DNA from: Candidatus Multivoradales bacterium | GTDB taxonomy: Bacteria; Acidobacteriota; Thermoanaerobaculia; Multivoradales; Multivoraceae | DNA length: 64,000 bases | NCBI GenBank assembly: GCA_965223325.1 | Contig: CBDCWI010000002.1 | Coordinates: forward strand, 160,001 to 224,000 | Reading direction: 5' to 3' | Part shown: one piece after another, positions 57,907 to 64,000 of the stretch | How positions within the stretch are numbered: position 1 is the first letter of the stretch | Layout of the letters: each line of letters opens with the position of its first letter | Translations under genes and position numbers: made by a program | Notes under the pieces: model-generated | What the model saw: the letters and a program-made list of their open reading frames with translations, nothing else | Told to the model about the DNA's origin: nothing | The model's database searches: none

Positions 57907-59169
57907 ATGTCCTCGATGTCGGCAACGGAACGGTCACCGGTCGTCGTCACTGGCCTCGGCGCGGTCAGCGCCTGGGGCTGGGGAACCGATGCGCTTTGGG
58001 CCGGTCTGGCGAGTGGCACAAGTCGTGCCGACCGACCCCGATGTTTCGACACCTGCGGGCAACGAACGAAGCTCGCCTGCGAGGTTCCCGAGGCCCCGGC
58101 TGAGATCGTCGGAGCGTTTTCCGACTGGGAGCGTTCGAGCCGCGCCGACCGGTTCGCCCTCGCTGCCGCGCGCGAGGCGGCGAGGCAGGCCGACATCACC
58201 GTGCCGGTGCAGCACGGTGCCCGGATGGGGGTCTGGTTCGGCGGTTCGACGGCCGGGATGGTCGAAGGCGAGCGCTTCTTTCGCTCTGCCCTCGGTGACG
58301 GATCACGGCGACCGCGACTGGCTGATCTGGTCGCCCAACCACTCAACAGTCCAGGCGATGCGATCGCGCGTTGGCTGGGTGCGCGCGGACCGGTGATGAG
58401 CATCTCGTCGGCTTGCGCCAGCGGTACCCTGGCGCTTGGCGAGGCGCTCGATGCCCTGCGTGCCGGCGAGGTCGACACCGCCGTCGTCGGTGGCGCCGAC
58501 TCGTTGTGTCAGCTGACCTACTCCGGCTTCAACGCCCTACGTGCCGTCGATCCTGATCCCAGTCGTCCGTTCCGAGAGGAACGTGCCGGACTCAACCTCG
58601 GCGAAGGGGCGGGAGTGTTGATCCTCGAAACCCGAGCCCACGCCGCAGCACGTCAGGTGCCGGTTCTGGCCGAGCTGCTTGGCCATGGGGGCTCCTGTGA
58701 CGCCCATCACATGACCGCGCCGCACCCCGAGGGGAGAGGAGCGGCCGCGGCGATGCGGCGCGCGCTTTCTGACGCGGCGCTCGCGGCGGACGAAGTCGAT
58801 TTCATCAACGCCCATGGCACCGGTACCCCGCTCAACGACGTGGCGGAGTGGCACGCCCTCGAAGATGTCTTCGGGAAGCGCGCTCGGGCTCTTCCGGTCA
58901 CCTCGGTGAAGGGTTCGATTGGCCACCTGCTCGGGTCGGCCGGGTCGATCGAGGCGGTGGCGACCGTGTGCAGTCTCCTGACCGGTGAAATCCCACCGAC
59001 CGCTGGCACCGGCACGATCGACCCCGCGACTGCGGTCGACCTGGTCACCGATGCGCCGCGTGCCCTTCCGGCGACCGACCCTTTGCGTCGAACCGCTGCG
59101 GTGTCGACGAACTTCGCCTTTGGGGGAGCCAACGCGGCGGTCGTTTTCACTTCGGGCGCCGGGCCATGA
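57907..59169 (+). CDS. Beta-ketoacyl-ACP synthase (active KS)
   Basis: SSACASG (Cys), NAHGTGT and IGHLLG (His-His), NFAFGG. Confidence 0.93.
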   Translation: MSSMSATERSPVVVTGLGAVSAWGWGTDALWAGLASGTSRADRPRCFDTCGQRTKLACEVPEAPAEIVGAFSDWERSSRADRFALAAAREAARQADITVPVQHGARMGVWFGGSTAGMVEGERFFRSALGDGSRRPRLADLVAQPLNSPGDAIARWLGARGPVMSISSACASGTLALGEALDALRAGEVDTAVVGGADSLCQLTYSGFNALRAVDPDPSRPFREERAGLNLGEGAGVLILETRAHAAARQVPVLAELLGHGGSCDAHHMTAPHPEGRGAAAAMRRALSDAALAADEVDFINAHGTGTPLNDVAEWHALEDVFGKRARALPVTSVKGSIGHLLGSAGSIEAVATVCSLLTGEIPPTAGTGTIDPATAVDLVTDAPRALPATDPLRRTAAVSTNFAFGGANAAVVFTSGAGP

Positions 59170-60392
59170 ACCCGGTAGTGGTCTCGGGACTCGGTGTCGT
59201 CACTTGCTTCGGCGCCGGCCACGAGCCGCTCCTCGCAGCCCTCGAGTGCCAGGGGCCGCGGCTCTCGACCGTCGAAGACGACGGTGGCTACCACTTGCCG
59301 AAAGGCAGTCGGGTCGCCTGCCGGGTCGACCCGACCGATCTCAGGGACTGGTTGGCGCCCCGTGCTGCGCGCCGAATGAGCCCCCCGTCTCGCCTGGCGG
59401 TGGTCGCAGCCCGCATCGCGGCTAGAGCAGCGGGGGTCGAGCCGGCCGATGATGATGCGGTCGAGGTGGCGCTCGGAACGTCCTTCGGGCCGTCGACCAA
59501 CACCGAAAAGCTCTTGCGGCAGATTCATGACGAGGGCCCGGCGAGCGCTTCACCGATGCTGTTTACCGAGTCTGTCGCCAACGCCCCGGCAGCCCAGGTT
59601 GCCCTCTTGTTTGGCGCTCGGGGCTCGAACATCACCGTTACCCAGCGCGGCGCAGGCGCCTTGGCGGCTGTCGGAGCCGGGGTGCGAGACATCGCGCTCG
59701 GCCGGGCAAGGACCGCTTTTGTCGGTGGGGTCGACGAATTGAATCCCCTTCTGCATGCGATTCTCGATCGCTTTCACGTTCTCGCTCGGCCCAAGACAGA
59801 ACGCACGCCCGCAACGGCGCGGCCGTTCGACCGCCATCGCACCGGTGCCCACGCCGGTGAAGGCGCGTCCGTCCTGGTGCTCGAAGATGAGCAGCACGCA
59901 AGCCAGAGAGGAGTGTCGCCGCGGGTTCGGGTCCTGGGTTGTGCTGGTGCCTTCGATCCCAGCGCCGGCGCCGCCACCTGGGGGCGCGAACCTGCCCGTC
60001 TGGTTCGCGATCTCGAAGAGCGCCGGGACCGGTTCGTCGACCAGCTACGCGCCATCGACGTGTTGGTCACCAATGCAGACGGGTCACCGGCAGGTGACGG
60101 CGCGCACGCAGAGGTGATCTCTCATCTCTGGCCGGGAAGCGAGCGCCCCGTCATTCTGGCTCCGCAGGCCGTCACCGGGACCTTTTGTGGTCTGCCCCTG
60201 GCGGTCGGAGTGCTGGCTGCCGAGGGCCGGTCGTTTGGACCAACCCATGGCTTTAGAGAACCGGACGTGGAGCATCCGGTCACGCCCTGGATGGGTGCAG
60301 CGGCGGCGTGGGAGGTGCCACAGCGAGTCGCTGTGCAGTGTCTTGCCGTCGGTGGTGCTGCCCGGTGGCTGATCCTCGAGAGAACGGGTTAG
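59166..60392 (+). CDS. KS-like chain length factor (inactive KS)
   Basis: KS fold (SP..F..SV.NAPA, GEGA), but ITVTQRGAG has Gln/Arg where the catalytic Cys would be and lacks both His motifs. Confidence 0.8.
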   Translation: MNPVVVSGLGVVTCFGAGHEPLLAALECQGPRLSTVEDDGGYHLPKGSRVACRVDPTDLRDWLAPRAARRMSPPSRLAVVAARIAARAAGVEPADDDAVEVALGTSFGPSTNTEKLLRQIHDEGPASASPMLFTESVANAPAAQVALLFGARGSNITVTQRGAGALAAVGAGVRDIALGRARTAFVGGVDELNPLLHAILDRFHVLARPKTERTPATARPFDRHRTGAHAGEGASVLVLEDEQHASQRGVSPRVRVLGCAGAFDPSAGAATWGREPARLVRDLEERRDRFVDQLRAIDVLVTNADGSPAGDGAHAEVISHLWPGSERPVILAPQAVTGTFCGLPLAVGVLAAEGRSFGPTHGFREPDVEHPVTPWMGAAAAWEVPQRVAVQCLAVGGAARWLILERTG

Positions 60393-61160
60393 ATGATCGA
60401 GAGCAAAGAAAGCGGCGAGCGAAGGAAGGTGCTCGCAGCCATTCCGGCCTACGATGCCGGCCCCTGGGTCGGCGATGTCGTACGACGCACGACCCGGCAG
60501 ATCGAAGACGTGTTGGTCGTCGATGACGGTTCGAGCGATGAGACCGCTCGCGTCGCGCGCGCGGCCGGTGCCGAAGTGATCTCCCACCGAGTCAACCGCG
60601 GCAAGGGCGCCGCCCTCCTGACCGCCTTTTCGGTCGCGTTGGCGCGCGGCTACGACGCCATCGCGACGCTCGATGCCGACGGTCAACATCTCCCCGAGCG
60701 TCTGCCCGATCTCGTCGCCGCCTGGCAGGGTGGAGCGGATCTGGTGCTGGGGAGCCGGTTTCACCTCTTCATGGGCATGTCACCGCTCCGGCGCGCTAGC
60801 AATCGACTCTCGAGTCGCGCGATTTCGTGGGCGGCCGGGCAACCGATAGGCGACGTGCAAACGGGCTTTCGCATCTACTCGCGCGAGCTCCTCGAAAGAG
60901 TCGGCTTCCTCGGCGCCGGCTTCGAGGCCGAAAGTGCGGTGGTCGTCAGGGCGTCACGAATGGGTCTCGAGGTCAGAGAGGTTCCGATCGAGCTCGGTTT
61001 CGTCGACGGCCGATCGACCAGCCACTATCGGCCGATCGCCGATAGCCTCAGAATCGCGCGCGCAGTCGCCGGTGCCCGCTTCTTCGACCGTCCTGACGCT
61101 CCAAACCCACTCGCGGCGCTGGCCGCTCGCATGCCCCCCGCGGAGGCCCGTAACGGATGA
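60393..61160 (+). CDS. Glycosyltransferase family 2
   Basis: IPAYD, VVDDGSSD, NRGKGAA, LDADGQH, DVQTGFR. Confidence 0.92.
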   Translation: MIESKESGERRKVLAAIPAYDAGPWVGDVVRRTTRQIEDVLVVDDGSSDETARVARAAGAEVISHRVNRGKGAALLTAFSVALARGYDAIATLDADGQHLPERLPDLVAAWQGGADLVLGSRFHLFMGMSPLRRASNRLSSRAISWAAGQPIGDVQTGFRIYSRELLERVGFLGAGFEAESAVVVRASRMGLEVREVPIELGFVDGRSTSHYRPIADSLRIARAVAGARFFDRPDAPNPLAALAARMPPAEARNG

Positions 61161-61891
61161 CGACCGATGAAGGAATCCTGTTGGTCACCGGCGGGTCGCG
61201 CGGCATCGGTCGGGCGGTCGTACTGGCTGCCACATCGTCTGGTCAGCGTGTCGCGTTCACCTATCGAAGCGCCGAGGAGGAGGCGCAGGAAGTCGCCTTG
61301 GCCAGTGATGGTCTCGCCACGGCCTGGCCCTTTGACCTCGCCGACCGCGAACGCCCGAAGGCGTTGGTCTCCGAGATCGAGGAGACGCTCGGTCCGATCG
61401 ACGGCCTGGTCAACAACGCTGGCGTGGCACACAGCAAGTTGCTTGGCATGACCTCGAACGACGAGTGGGACCGGGTTCTCGACACAAACCTCGGCGGCGC
61501 CTTTCGAATGTGCCGCGCCGTCGTCCCGCTCATGCTTCGCCGTCGCCGCGGGGCGATCGTCAACCTCGGCTCTCTGGGTGCTGAGCGGGGAGTCGCCGGC
61601 CAGGGCGCCTACGCCGCTTCGAAGGCCGGTCTACTCGCACTGACCCGCACTCTCGCCCGCGAGATCGGCAAGCGGCGCATTCGGGTCAACGCCGTCGTCC
61701 CGGGATTTGTTGCCACCGACATGACGGCCGGCCTGCCGGAGGCGGCGAAGGACGGGCTGCGCGCGGCCGAGGTCTTGCCGGACGGAGCGACGGTCGAGTC
61801 GGTCGCCGCGACCGTGCTCTTTCTCCTCTCTCCGGGTGCGCTCGGGATCACCGGCCAGAGCTTCTTCGTCGACGCCGGTGCCTCGAGCTAG
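61157..61891 (+). CDS. fabG: 3-oxoacyl-ACP reductase (FabG-like)
   Basis: TGGSRGIG, NNAG, YAASK, VNAVVPGFVATDM. Confidence 0.9.
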   Translation: MTTDEGILLVTGGSRGIGRAVVLAATSSGQRVAFTYRSAEEEAQEVALASDGLATAWPFDLADRERPKALVSEIEETLGPIDGLVNNAGVAHSKLLGMTSNDEWDRVLDTNLGGAFRMCRAVVPLMLRRRRGAIVNLGSLGAERGVAGQGAYAASKAGLLALTRTLAREIGKRRIRVNAVVPGFVATDMTAGLPEAAKDGLRAAEVLPDGATVESVAATVLFLLSPGALGITGQSFFVDAGASS

Positions 61892-61908
61892 CGCCGGGGA
61901 GCACAGGT

Positions 61909-64000
61909 GTGACCAGCGCACGACGACCCGCAACGCCAGTGGAGCCAGAGTGGCGCTCGCCCGGCTTGCGATGGTTCGTGCTGGCTGCTCCCTGGCGGAC
62001 CCTGGCCTTTGCTCTCGTCCTGTTGCTGCTGGCAACGTGGGCAGCGCGCGACCTGCGACCACGCGCCGATCTCGCATCGCTTCTGCCCCGGGATTCCGAG
62101 GCAGGAGAGGCCTACCGCCTGGTCCTCGAGGAGTTCGGCGGGGTCGAAACGCTCTTCGTGATGCTGCGCCAGGGGCAGGCACTCCCGCCCCGAGCAGCAC
62201 CGACAACCCACGATCTCGACAGAGGGGAGCTGGTGCTCGAAGCGGCCTGGGCGCTTGCTGACCGCCTGCGCGTGCATGAGCATGTGGCGGCAATTCGCAC
62301 CGGAATCGAAGCCGAGGACGAACGGCTGTTCTTCGAGCAGGTTGCAAAACGCGCCCCGCTCTTGCTCGGCGACCGCGAGTTCGAGCGCGCCCTGGCCGCC
62401 CGGCTCGACCCGGCGGCGCTCGCACAGCGCGCCCGTGACCTGCGCCTGATGGCAACGACGGCGGGCAACGAGGCCGCTGTCGTCCTGGCGCGCTTTGACC
62501 CGCTCGGCTTTCTCGAGGACCTGGAGGGCTTCTCTCTCGATGGCGACGCCCTCGCCGACGGGTTTCCGGTCGATGCCCTGACCGGCAGTTTTCGTGGCCC
62601 CGGTGGCGAGGCACTCGTTCTGGTGACCCCGCGGGCTTCAGAGCTCGATGCCGCGGCAGGTCGCGCGCTACTCGAGACGCTCGAGGGCGAGGTCGCAGCT
62701 CTCGCGGGAGAGTTCGGAATCGAGCTCGAGATGTTCGCCGTTGGCGGTCCGCTCTATGCGGCACGCGATGAGCGCGCCCTGCGCACCGATCTCGCCACCA
62801 CGCTGGCGGGCTCGGCCATCGCGAGCCTGATTCTCCTGACTGCTGCTTTTGGCGGCCTTCGTCTGCCCCTCCTGGCCTTGTTCGCCCTCGCGGTGGGACT
62901 CGTTTTCACCGCCGGCCTGCTGGCTGTGTCGCTGGGAACGATCTCGGCTCTCGCCCTCGGGTTTGCGGCGGTGCTCATCGGCCTGGGGCTCGACTACGCC
63001 ATCCACGCCTGTACCCGCTTCGTTGCCGAGTCGGCGCGCGGTCTGGCTGCCAGAGAGGCGCTCGAGGTGGTGCTGCGTGAGGTCAGTCCCGCCATTCTGG
63101 CGGCCGCTCTGACCACCGCGGCGGCTTTTCTCGTTCTCACCCTCGCGGCGCTGCGCTCGGTGCGCGAACTCGGCGTGCTGGTCGCCCTGGGCATGTTTGG
63201 CATTCTGCTGGCGACCTATGTGGTGGGAACACCGCTTCTCGCTCTCGGCTTTGCCGGCTCCGTTCGGACGACCAGGCTGTTCGATGTCGCGCAGGCGATC
63301 GTTCAAAGAGCGCTTCGACTAGCGCGCCAACGTCGGCGGGTCGTCGTTCTAGCGGCGCTTTTCCTGTTTGGCCTCGGGGCGGTCGGTCTGACCCGCATCG
63401 AGGTGGACCCGGATCTTCGTCAGCTGCGGCCGGGCGATGACGCGAGCGAGGTCTCTGAGCGTCTGCTCGCTCTCACCTTCGGACTCGGTTCGGGCGTCGA
63501 GGCGGCCAGCCTGGTCCTCGAGGGCGACAACCTCGACGAGGTCCTCGAGCGCGCGGCGGCGGTGACCGCGCTTGTGCGCCCGCGCCTTCCCCAGAGCGCG
63601 CGGCTCGAGTCGCCCTCCGATCTCCTCGCCAGCCAGCGCCAGGTCGAGCGGCGGCTGAAACATCTCTCAGCCAGCGATCTCACCGTCAGTCTTCGCGCCT
63701 TCGAATCCGCTTTACGCGAGGAGGGCCTCCGGCCAGCCGCCTTCAGAGAGGGTCTCGAGGCCCTGGGAGCGATGGCCGAGGGCCGCGATCCACTGGCCGT
63801 GGAGGCAAGAGAACGCCTTCCCGAATGGGCCGCCGGCTCGCTGGCACTTTCTGAAAGCGGGCGAACGTACGCTCGCCTGCGCTTGCGACTTCCCAGCGAT
63901 GGCTGGCAGGACGGGTTGCCCTCCGACCTGGCCGCCGAGATCGAGGCGCTCGCTCCCGGAACCCGCTTCGCTTCGAGTGGGGCAGTGGGAGCAGAGCTCA
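61909..64000 (+). CDS. MMPL/RND family lipid exporter; 3' partial
   Basis: Not in the supplied ORF track. Frame 1 read from GTG 61909: TM, DLASLLP...EEFGG, then a TM cluster with IGLGLDYAIH and ALTTAAAF; runs off the window end. Confidence 0.85.
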   Translation, partial: MTSARRPATPVEPEWRSPGLRWFVLAAPWRTLAFALVLLLLATWAARDLRPRADLASLLPRDSEAGEAYRLVLEEFGGVETLFVMLRQGQALPPRAAPTTHDLDRGELVLEAAWALADRLRVHEHVAAIRTGIEAEDERLFFEQVAKRAPLLLGDREFERALAARLDPAALAQRARDLRLMATTAGNEAAVVLARFDPLGFLEDLEGFSLDGDALADGFPVDALTGSFRGPGGEALVLVTPRASELDAAAGRALLETLEGEVAALAGEFGIELEMFAVGGPLYAARDERALRTDLATTLAGSAIASLILLTAAFGGLRLPLLALFALAVGLVFTAGLLAVSLGTISALALGFAAVLIGLGLDYAIHACTRFVAESARGLAAREALEVVLREVSPAILAAALTTAAAFLVLTLAALRSVRELGVLVALGMFGILLATYVVGTPLLALGFAGSVRTTRLFDVAQAIVQRALRLARQRRRVVVLAALFLFGLGAVGLTRIEVDPDLRQLRPGDDASEVSERLLALTFGLGSGVEAASLVLEGDNLDEVLERAAAVTALVRPRLPQSARLESPSDLLASQRQVERRLKHLSASDLTVSLRAFESALREEGLRPAAFREGLEALGAMAEGRDPLAVEARERLPEWAAGSLALSESGRTYARLRLRLPSDGWQDGLPSDLAAEIEALAPGTRFASSGAVGAEL

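Overview
GC-rich bacterial chromosomal window. It is most consistent with Acidobacteriota (Thermoanaerobaculia-like), inferred from gene order and lineage-typical C-terminal protein modules, not from a database search. The housekeeping backbone comprises def, yraN, a sulfurtransferase with SufE, dnaB-alr, purC, pepA, a TolC-like protein, carD, priA-accA-recJ, the lptC/A-lptB-rpoN-ptsN-hprK-rapZ-EIIA-ptsH-ptsI operon and ppc, plus four tRNAs (Cys-GCA, Gly-GCC, Leu-TAA, Leu-CAA). Accessory elements: a >2300-aa M6 metalloprotease with 18 Cys-rich repeats (5'-truncated), a secreted tandem laminin-B-domain protein behind a sigma54-type promoter, a degenerate class III nucleotide cyclase-like protein, a stand-alone HUH/Y1 (RAYT-like) transposase with an SD-sequestering leader, an orphan EhpF/EhpG-like adenylation-reduction pair, and a GNAT plus NSAR/OSBS pair. 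The window ends in the start of an aryl-polyene/xanthomonadin-like type II PKS/FAS cluster (Hyg5 chorismatase, deacetylase, AMP ligase, ACP, KS, CLF, GT2, FabG, MMPL; 3'-truncated). The best candidate for an undescribed system is a shared acidic motif D-x-F-E-x-G-D-T-x-x-W. It lies at or near the C-terminus of two unrelated secreted proteins and, in truncated form, makes up almost the whole payload of an 86-aa lipoprotein, suggesting a surface sorting/anchoring tag. All family calls come from recognising motifs by eye; no searches were run.
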